A stretch of 64,000 nt of DNA from Antedon mediterranea (Eukaryota > Animalia > Echinodermata), in contig NC_092673.1 in the NCBI RefSeq assembly GCF_964355755.1, positions 26,657,648 to 26,721,647 on the forward strand. The letters are read 5' to 3'. Below the pieces are notes generated by a model. The model had not been told where the DNA came from. It worked only from the letters and a program-made list of their open reading frames with translations, and did not search any database. Numbering within the stretch: position 1 is the first letter of the stretch; each line of letters opens with the position of its first letter. Shown one piece after another: positions 13,241 through 27,447 of the stretch. Position numbers and translations under genes: made by a program.

Positions 13241-16200
13241 TATACGCTCTTGCATTTATATAATAAATATATATATATATATATTGTATCCCAGGATATA
13301 TTGTAACCCAGGATATATTGTAACCAAGAAAAAAAAAAAATTTTAAACAAAGTTTTGTTGCTGAATGTGCCATTTTATTGTCACATTAAATATTTATTCA
13401 CTTGGACCAAAAATTTGAGGGAAAAAAATAGACTTACATATAACAGGTTATTGTAACATTTAACCATTTACTTGGTCTTTAAGTGAAATGATAATTTTTG
13501 TTGTTGTTTTTTCTAAATTTTCATCTTTGTTTTTTATTTTGTTTAGGGACAATACATATTTAATAGTCTTCTTGAAAAAAAAAATTAATATGTAACACGT
13601 TTAAAACGTTTGTAATCTTTTATGTCAATATTATTAATGTATAAATTTGTTTATGATTCAAAGGCATTGTTTGTTAATGTCGCAATCAATATTCACTAAC
13701 ATTTTTACCAATGTTCAATTTATAATGCTTTTTAATAACCATAGCAACAATCTTGATTTAACTTAGGCTGTTACAGCATAACGATCCATTTTATTTAAAG
13801 TTTTTTTTTTTAGTCTACGTTGAATAATTTCACGCTTTTAAAAGCTAAAGCTGTTGTGTTTTGTTAACATTTGGTACAGATATCAATTTATAGAGTGATT
13901 CTAAGGATATGAGTGCTAGGATGAAATGGCAACCACCAAGTGGAGTTTTTTTAATTTTTCTAAATTAGAAAAAAAACGAAATAATTTAAAAGGACAACCA
14001 TAATCATTAAAAATGAAATGATCATCATTAATTAAAAACAGAGTTTTTAAAAAGTATTTATAAAATATGCATAACACTTGAAATGATTTTATCTGAATCA
14101 TATAGAGATATTATAAAAATTCATTTAATTTAAGCATAGAGATAGTGATCTATATAATCATCAGATATAATATTGTATAATATCGCTATGCTTTAAGGTA
14201 TGTTCTTTGTGGTTCCAAAAAAAACTTTAGTACAATCTTTTTATTTATTTTTTTATTTTCATACGCATCCAACAGCACTAGGTTAGGACATATAACCACC
14301 AAGCTACAACCCAACTACACTGTTCTGTTGTAAATTATAATTGTAGATAAATTTAGTTTGGATCACCAAAAATAAACAAGACATAAGAAAATATTACTAC
14401 TCAAAAGAAGAGTAAAACTGGCATCTGATTGGTTGATTGTAGCCATGGGAATGTTCCTGTAGTCTTTGAGCCTTTATTCTATTGGTGTTCACAGTCTATC
14501 AGTTTAACTTAAGATCCTCATTCTTCACTGATGTACTCCATCTCCAGCTGTTGCATTAATCTATGCTGATAGATGTGTTTATTCATTGGCTGAGTAACTT
14601 GAAAGGTGTTAACATACACAACATACAGTGATCAATGTACAAACATAGTTTAAATATTCTGCTAACCATTGACACTTATTATAAGTCTTCCTAGTAACCA
14701 ATTCAAGGAACTGATTGCCCATACAAACTGCATAGGTTCATTAATGATACAAAATTAAACAGTACATTATAAAAGTTCAATGCAAATTGACAGAATGTGC
14801 CTCATTGATGATCGTGATATGGTTGTTCAATGAAAATAGAAGCCAAGGTAATCTGTCAGACTATTTAGAAAGTGGAAATTCAAATAGCTAAATAAAAAAA
14901 TGACAAGAATATTGTAATAATATTGGTTAGTGTAAAGTTTGGGACAGAATGAACAATTAGCAATTGGCAGGGAGGTATACGAGGTAAAAAAATCACGACA
15001 CTGATCACCATTAAGTATTCATTTTACTAGAAACGGTTTGACGTATGTTGTAATTTATGTTTGTAAGTGTTCTAAAATTGTTTGTTTTTCTGAAAAAATA
15101 TTTAAGTATGCATGTAAGAGAATATGTGTGTGTGTGTGTGTGAAATGTATATGTTAACAACCCTATTTTCATCACTCCTGGGAAATTTAAATGGGAAACC
15201 ATTTTCACTGATTATAAATGACATTTTCAATTTTGTAGTATTTTTTTCCCTGTACTTTTAACATCCAATAACCCTTTAACAACCCAGCAGCCATGTTTAA
15301 AATGTCAAAATCACCATAATCTAAATTCGCCATTAATTAACAATAAATATTTTAGTCTGTGTTTTGTGACTACAATGATCACGTCAATCAGAAGACAAGG
15401 CCTGTGATCTAAGACACTGCAAAAGGCCATGGAGAATGTCCTACACGCATTACAATAGAGTTTGCGTACATAGGATCTTTACAACTACAACAGCATCACC
15501 ATGTGTAAATATATTTTGTATGTCTAGTTATCTGTGGTAATTGCAGTGCATACATTGCTAAATGATGTAAACAGGATTATAGGATCTTGTATTAAACCTT
15601 ATTACACAAGTGTTAAAAAATTAAGACTGTTAATCAGTAAGCTGTTGCAGTGTAAATGTACTTATCAGGATATATAAATACAAAACCAATCTGAATGAGT
15701 AAATCCTTGACCATACTCAAATATTAATTTAGGCAATTTTCAGGGTTTCTTTTCCTAGTTCTAAATAATTATCCTCTTAATACTATCCCATCATCTTAAG
15801 AACACTAAATGTAAAATATGTATGATGAAAGCAGGGTACGAGACGACGATGAAGAAATAAAATTATTGTCATCACCATATTATTGCAAATAAAAATCATA
15901 ACATCATCTGATTGGAATTCATTCAAGTTCTAGCAAACTAATATTCGATTTCTTTTGTTTTCTTTAGACAAAATGCATTATCTACTTATAGTCGATTCAG
16001 ATTCACTTATTAATTAATTCATCCTATGACAATATGAAATACATTGCTTACATTTCAAAAAGATTGCAAAAATGATACAAAATATGGTAAATAATCTCAG
16101 TCTACACTATCAAACTAGTTTGACAAAAAGATGTACACAAATATGGTAGTGATATGACATCATCATGTCTAATATATGGGCACATCACATTTTTTGTCCC

Positions 16201-18187
16201 ATAAAGTTTGATAGACAGAGCTTTACATTCTCTATTCAAATTCAAATATTAACAAACCCTGGAAAAGGTGTAAATATCATTAATACTTGTTTCATACAGT
16301 AAATGTGTAATACACTATCTCTCATGGGAGAGGGTTTACATTCTGATATAATGTAAATACTAGGTGAAAAAAACTGAAGTAGTTTCTTAATGTGTGTTGC
16401 GAGCTATGAGAAATCAAAATATTATTTTACCAAACACTCGTTGATTAAGAAACATTCATGAAAATTAAGAAAATAGAATCAGTAAAATTGATGTTTTCAC
16501 GAAACAGTTTATCAATATTTTTTTTTAAACTATTATTTATGAAATGATGAGAGATTGAAAAGCAATCGTTTAAAAGATAATATGATTAAGTTACTAAAAA
16601 TGTGTTCATTTTATCAGGTTGATCTAATCGGGGATACGGAATGAGCAATTGTGGAAATCAATACAGACAATTATCGCAATATTAAACAACAGTAGCAGAC
16701 ATGATGTTAGTATATTAAAACCAGATCAATGACAGTTATCAAGATTGTACAAGGACGAATATCAGAGAAATGGATTGAATTTACTTGACACATCATGATC
16801 ACACTGTATGGTGATTTAGTTTCAGTGGAGGCTTACTGTAAACAAACACATTAGAACTATATATTATGACATAATAGTTAAATCTGATATTTATTTTTAA
16901 TTATTTAAACCAACACTTGAAACTTTATCAATGTTTCTGAAATTTATATTTTCTTTACAATGATTTTGTTTTTATAAATCATATTCGTTCGTTTTATCTG
17001 ATGTTATACTGTTTTCTTACAATCCCATTATCAATAATATACTGGAGCAAAAATCATGATTCTACAGGCAATATAGCTTTATATAAGGGTTTACCTGTTC
17101 CGGCACGGTTCCAATGTGCCGGAACAGGTGTGAAAGACCCTTTACAATCAATTTTATTGCTGGTTTGGAACAAAATATTCTCCCACTTGTAACAGTTCAT
17201 ATTAAATTTTGTATAAATAAAATTTAAACAAAAATGTCAATTTATATTAAAACATCAATAATTTTAAATAATCCTCTTTTTTAACTTTCTAACAAAACAT
17301 GTACGAATTCATTGAAACTGTTATGTCCATTTTCACAATCAGTATAAAATTAAATCAATGTAATTAAAAAGCTTTTAGAATGTATGTAAGACAAAGAAAG
17401 GAAGAAACCATGTATCCTATAACTTTTGATAAGTTGATACAAGATTGAAAACAAATTGTCATTAATGATATTTCGCCTTAAACCATAATCAAAATGACAC
17501 TGTCCCCACAACTGTTAAGGTTTGCATGGCGTCCAGCTGTGCTAGTAGTCGCTGATAGCAACTGCTTAGCGACGTCAATCACACTCAATCTTCATCTATG
17601 AATGTTGATAAATCCTTAGGCCAAATCCTTTGGTCTTCAATGCAACCATTTTGCTACTTTAAACTTTCTTTATCTTACTAATGATCTAGTATTTATTTAT
17701 GTTTCTGTAGGCTTTGAAGATATTGATTTGGAATAAGATAAACAAGACAACTGTGAAATCGTATTGAATATAAACACCTAACTAATCGCTACTAATAATT
17801 AAGCCAAAATGTCATATAAATTAGCTCTACCAGAGCAGAAGCCAGAATGAGGCAGACAAATTTTCAATTTTCAATAACCATCCCAATTCCCCAGCAGACT
17901 AGATCATCATATATTATATTAATAATTATTATATCTAAGCATCTTTGCCTCGTTTGTTTTTAACCTCTTGCTACGAAATTGTAATATCGGTCTACTAGGG
18001 CTAGTGCCTGTTTGACAGCTAAAACTTGCACATTGATAACCAGTACAAATATCATTAACGTATTCAAATTCAAGTGAAAATGTTTTAGTCTCTAAAAGAT
18101 TATAGACAAAGTCTTATATAAGTCAAAGATGCTGTCCAGGTGAAATGCCATCCTGAGATGAATAGTATTAATTAGTCTAGTTCATTA

Positions 18188-19510
18188 TCTATATATAAAT
18201 TTACGTAAGGGCAAAATTCGGTAAATCGGGCCTTACTTCTAGAATTTTTACTCGATGGTATATAAAGTTGGTTCGCACATTCGGTACTGATTTTAACCAC
18301 CTGATGTAACCCTGTTTACTAATTAAATTAAGTTAGATAATTAGTTATTGACGATTAAAACGAATTTAGGTTCAACGATTTGCCCCAAATAGGGGTTTTT
18401 TCCGATCGTGGTATACACTGTCTAATGGATGTCCATCTTAAAAAATACCCGCCACAAAAATGCGAGGAGGCTTCGCATTTTCCTATCTCCTCCTACGATA
18501 ATTGTTTTTAATAGCTGAAAACCGGTTGAACAGCTAAAGTACACCATCATAATGTTGAAGACAGGCCGATTTTCTTTAAAAAAATACTATTTTGATAGAT
18601 TTAATATATGATTATACAAATGTATTGATTTGCGATGAATGGAACATCCCAATCTCTCAGTCTGCCAGAGTTTGGTTTAACACAAGCAGGTACATTTATG
18701 AGCCCTTGATTTAACACATACGGTAGGTAAATATATGGGCCCTTTGAGAATAAACTTGCAATACTTTGACAATACTGTAACTATTTTTAGTCCTCATTTG
18801 AATCAAACATTTCTTACTGTGAATGTTCGTACTGTAAAAATATATACAGATAAACTTTATTACTGAGATTGTGGATAGGATCTACTGTTAGATATATAAA
18901 CACATTATTATATACAAATAAACTTTATACTGACAGTTCCTTCTCAACGTTTGTATTAATTAATAATTACCAATAAAATAAACGTTGTAGTGGTGTATCG
19001 TGACATGTACTTTAATATTTCAATCGATTATGACAGTGACAGTTTTAACAAAGTATTAAATCGCAAATGTTTTACTGTATTTAGAGGTATATTATTTATA
19101 GGCCTATAAAACACGAAAACAATATTTCGTTACTGAGTGGATAAAGAATATATTTAAAAATTGTTCCTCTTTGTACCTATCCGCTTTCCCATCCCTCAAC
19201 CCTAATATAAAAAAAAACCCATACAAAACACAAATTGTGTTTCTTTAAATGAGTCCAAATCAAAAATTTGGACTCATTTTGTGATAAGTTTCTCCTTCGG
19301 AAGTAATTCCCAGGGTGCTAATTTTAGTTGACTACATAAATCATCGTGTCTATTTATTCGTTTCTGTAAACGACAATGTATTATAGTCCTGCGGTAGGCC
19401 TACGTACATTTGAAATCGCCAGTTTTGTGACGCTGAAATTACTGTGTATTCGCGAACCATCTGTGGGCACGACCTAGATGGTACGCGAGCGAAGCGAGCG
19501 TACCATCTAG
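18188..19510 (+). mobile_element. Non-autonomous Helitron (about 1.3 kb)
   Basis: 5' A|TCTATATATAAA. 3' hairpin ctagatggtacgc-gagcgaagcga-gcgtaccatCTAG|T. Inserted between A and T with no TSD. The 3' end is more certain than the 5' end. Confidence 0.75.
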
Positions 19511-20184
19511 TTAATACTAATTTTCTTTATAATAGGGACCAGAGATTTTGAAATAAAAGATTGAATGAATGAAAATGAATATCCTCTGGTATAAATATTA
19601 TGGCAAATAAATTGCGGTAATTTATTCACACGCTAAGAGGGCAAATGTAAAAAGAAAGTTTTTGTTTCGAGTCACAACTTGACATAAATAACTGAGAAAT
19701 TATCCTTTTCATCAAGCAAAGGTATTCTCCTCAAAGGCCCTATTACTCTTTAATAAATTGTACTCTTAGGAATTTACATGCAACAATAGCCTATCAATAA
19801 ATATTAAGGTACCATTCCTGACGTTATGAAATAATTCACTCGCTAATCCTCCTCCCGGCATATTCTATTACTACGTAATGTTACACAATGACGAAATCTA
19901 TTTCGTTTGACATTTTTCATGAACGGATTTATGTATTCTGACTTTTACCAGAAGAGGCCTAATCCCATGAGGATATTTATTGGCCTCTGGGAACATAAGA
20001 TCTCAAACAGAAGATACAAGATTTTTTTTATTAGATTAAATTCTTCCCATAACTAATTATATTTTAACAAATGTAGATATGAAAGGGTGGTTTTCCATTC
20101 ACAAGCCTACCGCTTTTCACAAACTCTCAAAATTTGTCAACAAAATTGAATTTCAAATAATCAAATATCAAATTTGAACCATAC

Positions 20185-20290
20185 CATGGTCTAATGGTAG
20201 GATGTCTGAAGATGAAGCAGACGACTCTGGGTTCAAATCTAAGATGGGGGTAGCTTTTCCTCATTCTCACAGATTTCCAACCACTTAAAA
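20185..20290 (+). mobile_element. tRNA-derived SINE head, degenerate (related copy at about 47108-47215)
   Basis: A-box-like tggtctaatgg and B-box ggttcaaatc; shared downstream ttttcctcatt..c.cagatttcc. Confidence 0.45.
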
Positions 20291-20491
20291 TGAATAAATT
20301 AATTTCCAGCGATTTTATACTCTCTATGTATAATTGTCTCAAATGGCGTATTTATCAAAACGTTCCAGAAAGCATATACACTAATCATAAGTGCTCTGGT
20401 ATCTTTTTAAATTATAGCTCTTTAGCCAGTAATAATATAATTTGTTCATCCGTGTTCGACATTTACCTGATAAAATCAAATTAAATGTTAA

Positions 20492-23400
20492 AACTAGACA
20501 TGTAACTCGTCACTTTGACGAGTTTGGTTATCCGCCGCGCAAGTGGTGCAACATTAACATTAAGGGGATAGGTTGAGGACAAAAGGAAGTGTTCACGTTG
20601 GCATTATGACCTGAACTGAAGAATATGATCTGTTGTTATTGCTGAATTTTATTATTTAAATTCATATATAGTATACACAGTATAATCTGTATCCATATCA
20701 CATACAGTGTAGAATAGGTGAAATTACGGGACCCGCTATTTATTGCAATTTTTAACATGTTGATGGTTTTAAAATGAAACGCGAAGTTAGCAATTCCGAA
20801 AGCAAATTATCTCAGCAACAACGTATTAGCGTGTAGAAGAAATTTGAATACGTTAAATATTGATGCGCGCTCTTTTAAATGTAATGAATTATGACGAAAA
20901 AGATGAAAATACGACCTTTTTTATTTAACTGGCCATATGATGACGTCACAACATCCGATTGGCAACATTTTTTCATAATTTCATATCTACAATCTAATAG
21001 CTTCCAGAAAAAGTTTTAATCGTGATTATCACATTTTATTCTTACGAGCTATAACAGATTAAAATTTACTGTAAAGATGAAATTGATGCCACACGTGATT
21101 TAAATTTTTAGGCATGATGACGTCAAAAAAATTAAAATATTTTTAACTCATGCGAAAGATAGTTGATTGACCTAGACAATATCAAAATCGGGGTGAAAAT
21201 GGAAAACGGATAAGTGGAGATGCGCTCTATTCAATGTGATGAGCTATGACGAAAGATACAAAAATACTAAATTTTATATTCGCGTGGCCATACGATGACG
21301 TCACAATGTCCGGTTAGCCATATTAATACCTGATCCGATATCTACAACTCATCTACTTCCAGAATATGTCATCCACAAAAATTTGACCGTCTAGTTTAGA
21401 AATTACGACTGTTTAAAAAAAGGCATATTTTAAACGAATTTTTTAACCTTTTCATAAAAAACGCGCGCAAATTGTCCAATTCGACGTGCTCGTATGACGT
21501 ATCTTTAAGTCGAAATTGTTTAAAATTTGGTAAAATTACTAGAAAAGGCTGGAAAAACATAAATCACGCAAAAAAAGTACGTTTTCAATGCTACGTGCGC
21601 ACCGCACACGTAGAAATGTGCGCACGCGTGGGAATTTTTGACATGCTTAAAACGACATGAAACGCGTAGAAAGTTGATTATAAATTAATTTTGCGCATTT
21701 TGAAATTTTAAATGTGCGTGCGCGCGTAACTTTGTGTAAAACACGCAATTTTTTTTCAACAGAAATTTAGCGCATGATATAAATTAAACTTTTGCAAAGT
21801 TTCACTTTAAAATGTTATTTGGTTTTCGACATATGTTAAATACGATAAAATCGTTAAATCGCGCGTACGTCACGTTGCGCAATTGTAAACATCATGAAAA
21901 GCTTCGCTTGACGACGTTACATAAATGTCAAAATGTTAACATAGTTAACAAAATGTTATGTTTGCGAGTTTTAGAGAAAAGCGTTACACAAAAATCATAC
22001 AGAAAGAAAGAAGAAGAATAACTAGACATGTAACTCGTCACTTTGACGAGTTTGGTTATCCGCAGCGCAAGTGGTGCAACATTAACATTAAGGGGATAGG
22101 TTGAGGACAAAAGGAAGTGTTCACGTTGGCATTATGACCTGAACTGAAGAATATGATATGTTGTTATTGCTGAATTTTATTATTTAAATTCATATATAGT
22201 ATACACAGTATAATCTGTATCCATATCACATACAGTGTAGAATAGGTGAAATTACGGGACCCGCTATTTATTGCAATTTTTAACATGTTGACGGTTTTAA
22301 AATGAAACGCGAAGGTAGCAATTCCGAAAGGAAATTATCTCAGCAACAACGTATTAGCGTGTAGAAGAAATTTGAATACGTGAAATATTGATGTGCGCTC
22401 TTTTAAATGTAATGAATTATGACGCAAAAGATGAAAATACGACCTTTTTTATTTAACTGGCCATATGATGACGTCACAACATCCGATTGGCAACATTTTA
22501 ACATAATTTCGTATCTACAATCCAATAGCTTCCAGAAAAAGTTTTAATCGTGATTATCACATTTTATTCTTACGAGCTATAACAGATTAAAATTTACTGT
22601 AAAGATGAAATTGATGCCACACGTGATTTCAATTTTTAGGCATGATGACGTCATAAAAATTAAAATATTTTTCACTCATGCGAAAGATAGTTGATTGACC
22701 TAGACAATATCAAAATCGGGGTGAAAATGGAAAACGGATAAAAGGAGATGCGCTCTATTCAATGTGATGAGCTATGACGAAAGATACAAAAATCCTAAAT
22801 TTTATATTCGCGTGGCCATACGATGACGTCACAATGTCCGGTTAGCCATATTAATACCTGATCCGATATCTACAACTCATCTACTTCCAGAATATGCCAT
22901 CCACAAAAAGTTGACCTTCTAGTTTAGAAATTACGACTGTTTAAAAAAAGGCATATTTTAAACGAATTTTTTAACCTTTTCATAAAAAACGCGCGCAAAT
23001 TGTCCAATTCGACGTGCTCGTATGACGTATCTTTAAGTCGAAATTGTTAGAAATTTGGTAAAATTACATGAAAAGGCTGGAAAAACATAAATCACGCGAA
23101 AAAAATACGTTTTCAATGCTACGTGCGCACCGCACACGTAAAAATGTGCGCACGCGTGGGAATTTTTGACATGCTTAAAACGACATGAAACACGTAGAAA
23201 GTTGATTATAAATTAATTTTGCGCATTTTGAAATTTTAAATGCGCGTGCGCGCGTAACTTTGTGTAAAACACGCAATTTTTTTTCAACAGAAAGTTAGCG
23301 CATGATATAAATTAAACTTTTGCAAAGTTTCACTTTAAAATGTTATTTGGTTTTCGACATATGTTAAATACGAGAAAATCGTTAAATCGCGCGTACGTCA

Positions 23401-23687
23401 CATTGCGCAATTGTAAACATCATGAAAAGCTTCGCTTGACGACGTTACATAAATGTCAAAATGTTAACATAGTTAACAAAATGTTATGTTTGCAAGTTTC
23501 AGAGAAAAGCGTTACACAAAAATCATACAGAAAGAAAGAAGAAAAATAAAAAGTTGATGTTGATGATTTCGTACAATCACAAGAGGTTATCCTGCAACTT
23601 CGTTGCGGATAACCAAAAAGTTGATGATGATGATTTCGTACAATCACAAGAGGTTATCCTGCAACTTCGTTGCGGATAACCAAAAAA
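20492..23687 (-). mobile_element. Helentron/Helitron2-like non-autonomous element (DINE/HINE type) as a head-to-tail dimer of a 1528-bp unit
   Basis: Units start at ctagacatg 20494 and 22022. Terminal hairpin aactcgtca-ctt-tgacgagtt next to CTAG. The asymmetric subterminal inverted repeat tttggttatccgc (20523-20535) pairs with gcggataaccaaa at the other end. CpG-rich interior with no transposase ORF. Confidence 0.8.
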
Positions 23688-23892
23688 CAAACACATAAAA
23701 CACCTGCTATACAGACATATCGATTGAATATATAATTCTAAAACAAAAAAAAATAATATAATAAAATCATATTTTTCCTAAAATGGACATTTAACTTATA
23801 GATAATCTTCTTTTTTTTCGTAGGTTACCAAATTAGGTTCTTGTTTGTTAAGCCTTCAAGAAATCTCTATTCAAAGATAATAATCTAAGCTG

Positions 23893-24253
23893 AAGCTATG
23901 TCTACACTATCAAACTTTATATTACAAAAAAATGTGACGTGCATTGTCTCAAATAAAGCTACTAAACGTCTGTAATTACTACAGAAATTCACCTCAACTC
24001 CAAACCCCAAAAATGAAGATAAATACTATGGAAATACATACAAACTGTGATTTGACCGTGCCAGTGTCAAAACACAGCAGTTTCATAACGAAGCAACTAC
24101 TAAGTCGGAAAAACATTCTGCACATGCTCAGAAACATGTGCGCATACACAGAACAGCTGAATAAGTACAACATAAAATCTACTGATATCACTACCATATT
24201 TGGGCATCACTACTATTTGTCACATAAAGTTTGATAGTGTAGACAGACCTTTA
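23893..24253. mobile_element. MITE family A, long variant with extra internal sequence
   Basis: Both TIRs present; the internal ~240 bp is shared with the copy at 26473-26782. Confidence 0.85.
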
Positions 24254-26472
24254 CAGATCAAAACTCTCAATAATATTGTTCCATCTCTTTATTTGGAGTG
24301 TACCTCGTTTCATTTATCTAAAGTAGTTGTAGTATTGTAATATGCATCAATGTATACATAATATAGAAATTAACTATGTTGCTTTAAACTTGAATTAGGA
24401 CTCATTCCCAATTGTTCCATTAACTGTTACACACATCGTCACAAATTCCTAATGAAACCATATCATACGCAATTTGTAAAACAAAGCTAAGGCATGCATG
24501 TAGCTTTATAGGCAATGGAGAAAAACACAGTACATTGAATCTTATTGAGAATTTTACAGAAATTTATAGGCAGTCAGATTGCAAATCTTTCCCTTTAAAT
24601 TTCAAAATAAATTCTTTTGATTTTATTCCGGCTTAGTCTCAACTCAATAAGCTGGTAACTTATCGATCTAAAAAAACGTTTCGACGTAAGCAGATATCTA
24701 CAATCTCACAAAATATAATCAATAAAAATCATAATAAAATGGTGCTTATCATAATATATAATTTTATTTTCAGTAGTGTTTAAAAATATTTGATGATTTA
24801 AAAAATAGAAATATACTTAATAAAATTTGTGTAAATAAAAAAACATGAAAAATATTGTTATACAATAATATGAATGTTTATGAATTAAAAAAAATACAGT
24901 TTTAAAACAAATAAAACAATTAATAATATTCTAATGATAAATAAATCACAAAAAATCTGTTATATAGTAAAGACTGATAGGGCATTATAACATTTATGAT
25001 CCTAAGATCAGCTAGTCATATGGTGCTATTTCAACCAATCACGTTCTCTTATTTACTTATTAAGCTATGTATTAAATATAAAATATATACAAATATCATC
25101 GTATCATAATAGTAGACCGATAGGGCATTATAACATGTTTTATCCTAGGATCGGTAGTTAGACAGCTGATGCAATTTCAACCAATCACGTTTTCATATAT
25201 TACACTATGTAATATAAAACTATATAAATATCATGAAATCATAAAGACATCAACATAGTCAATGTATATTCTAATCACTGTCCCTATAATATTACTTTAA
25301 ACCTTAATACACGAAACAAGAACACATCAAACATTTATGTTTCAATATCATTATTCTTCATGAAAATATTAGAAGATAGTATAAGAAAAGCTTTGATGAC
25401 TGACCTACATAAACGATGACATAGCTATATGTGTAACTGTACAGTGTATTCTTGCAATGTTAAATACTGCAATCTATCCAGTCAAACCATTCTTAGAGAA
25501 TATTTCTTGTGGCTATATCATATGCTAAAGTAGTATTTAAGTTAATATAAATATTAAATCCATTAGGGTAGTATGATTTACCACATCAGCACCTCAAGTC
25601 ATAATAGTCTGATAGTCATCCTTTTACATGCTATAGAGACAATGGTGAATACAGCAGGGTGTGTAATGCCTCTCTTTACCCTAGCTTTACTTTAAAAAAA
25701 GTCCACTCTGGTTTTCCATTTCTGTGTGTTTTTTTAAATATATATTTATATTGTGTCTTTGAATCATCCTGTTATTGAACTTGACTGTTTATGTATATTA
25801 TTGTGTATTATACTGCGTATATTAAATTCAACAAACCATCTTTCATTACCGAACATGCTGGGCTCCCTTGGATCCAACTGAGACACCCTCAATTGTCTTA
25901 GAATCTTATAAAAGTAGTACCACGCATTATGCATATGATATTGTGTATTACTGCGTATATTAAATTCAACAAACTGTCTCTCATTAAAGAGCGCTCATTA
26001 TTATGTTAGCCTGCCTCATTTGTGCACCGTTAAGCAATCAAAATATATGTTGCTAATTATCCACTCGACTAAGAATTGGGTCAAGATTATTTTCACTGTT
26101 TGTAATTTTTCACGATTACATCTTTCTCGTAAATCAATTCTAGCAATCGCGTAGTATTTGCTAGTAGATTTTTCATTCTATCGATATTTCAATCTATCAA
26201 TCAAGATTTAGTTTGGTTTTGCCTTAAATCTTTTCAGCATAATTCAATATTCAGCACACACACATAAGAAAATAATTTAATTTATAAAAAATAATATAAA
26301 ATATTTTCAAATGAAAAGAAATAACACAATCAATCACGATTAAGTTCGGTTTTTGCCTTAAATATTTTTAGCCTAATTCACACAATAATAAAATAATGTT
26401 TTTCCTCGAAAAAAAATATATAACAAATTAGAAACTCTATTATCTGAGCATGCTCTATGTCACTATAAAGGC

Positions 26473-26782
26473 TAAAGCCCTGCCTACACCATCAAACTTA
26501 ATGTGACAAAAAAATGTGACGTGCATTGTTCTCAAATACAGCTACGAAACGTCTGTAATTACTACAGAAATTCACCTCAACTCCAAACCCCAAAAATGGA
26601 GATAAATACAAACTATGGCATAATTATGATTTGGCCGTGCAAGTGTCAAAATACAGCAGTTTTCATAACGGACGAAGCAACTAAGTCAGAAAAACATTCT
26701 GCACATGCTCAGAAACATATGCTCAGAAACATGTGCGCATACACAGAATCGCTGAATACGTAAAACATAAAATCTACTGATA
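26473..26782. mobile_element. MITE family A long variant, truncated at the right end
   Basis: Left TIR plus the same internal sequence as 23893-24253. Confidence 0.8.
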
Positions 26783-27275
26783 TTTCTTATTTACTTTACG
26801 GACATTTAACTAAAACAAATGATTTGTAGTAATGAACTGGTGTTACAAACAATTAAAAAGTAAAATTGTCACTTTTTTTAATCAATTCAACATTAAAATA
26901 ACAATATAAAATACTGTAAAATGTATTCATTTTTCGATACGAAATCCATTATTTTTGAATTAAATAAATGGGATATATATTGTACAATCAGATAAATTAT
27001 TCATAAAATTGTTTTATGGGGTAGTTAGCATCAATACGTCAATTAACTTTCCTCTACTTCAAATGTTTTATCGATATTAAATGCAAATTTTTGGGATTTA
27101 ATAACGCTTCAAATTCACTGTCAAATTATAAAAAATAAGATAAGGGTAATTAATAGTTTAATGACCCAATAAGATAAAAGCAAAATTAATCTTGATATTG
27201 TATTGGCTGGTTGTTCCCATGGCCCCAAAAAAATCACATTACTCACATTGTATTGGGTACATCAAATTTTCATTT

Positions 27276-27447
27276 TAAAGCTCTGTTTACACTATCAAAC
27301 TTTATGTGACAAAAAAATGTGATGTGCCCATATACTGTATGGACATAATGATGTCATATCACTAACATATTTGGGCACATCACTACCATATTTGGGCACA
27401 CATCACACCTTTTTTATCAAACTAGTTTGATAGTGTAGACAGAGCTA
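27276..27447. mobile_element. Abundant MITE family A, representative copy (TIR aagctctgtctacactatcaaact...agtttgatagtgtagacagagctt; TAA/TTA flanks, PIF/Harbinger-like)
   Basis: TIRs of about 24 bp. Related full or partial copies at about 1521-1616, 5026-5305, 6836-6953, 16096-16224, 23893-24253, 26473-26782, 29107-29222, 36224-36365, 41038-41196, 45587-45722, 46371-46457, 55876-55980, 58914-59051 and 63084-63158. The superfamily assignment is an inference. Confidence 0.9.

Noticed and set aside
21472-23647. 60-69 aa ORFs in the duplicated element
   Set aside because: No Rep/helicase or transposase motifs; they are duplicated only because the element is.
23944-26763. Similar 96- and 86-aa ORFs (NVCNYYRNSPQLQTPKM)
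   Set aside because: They lie inside long MITE variants and diverge through frameshifting indels, so there is no sign of coding constraint.
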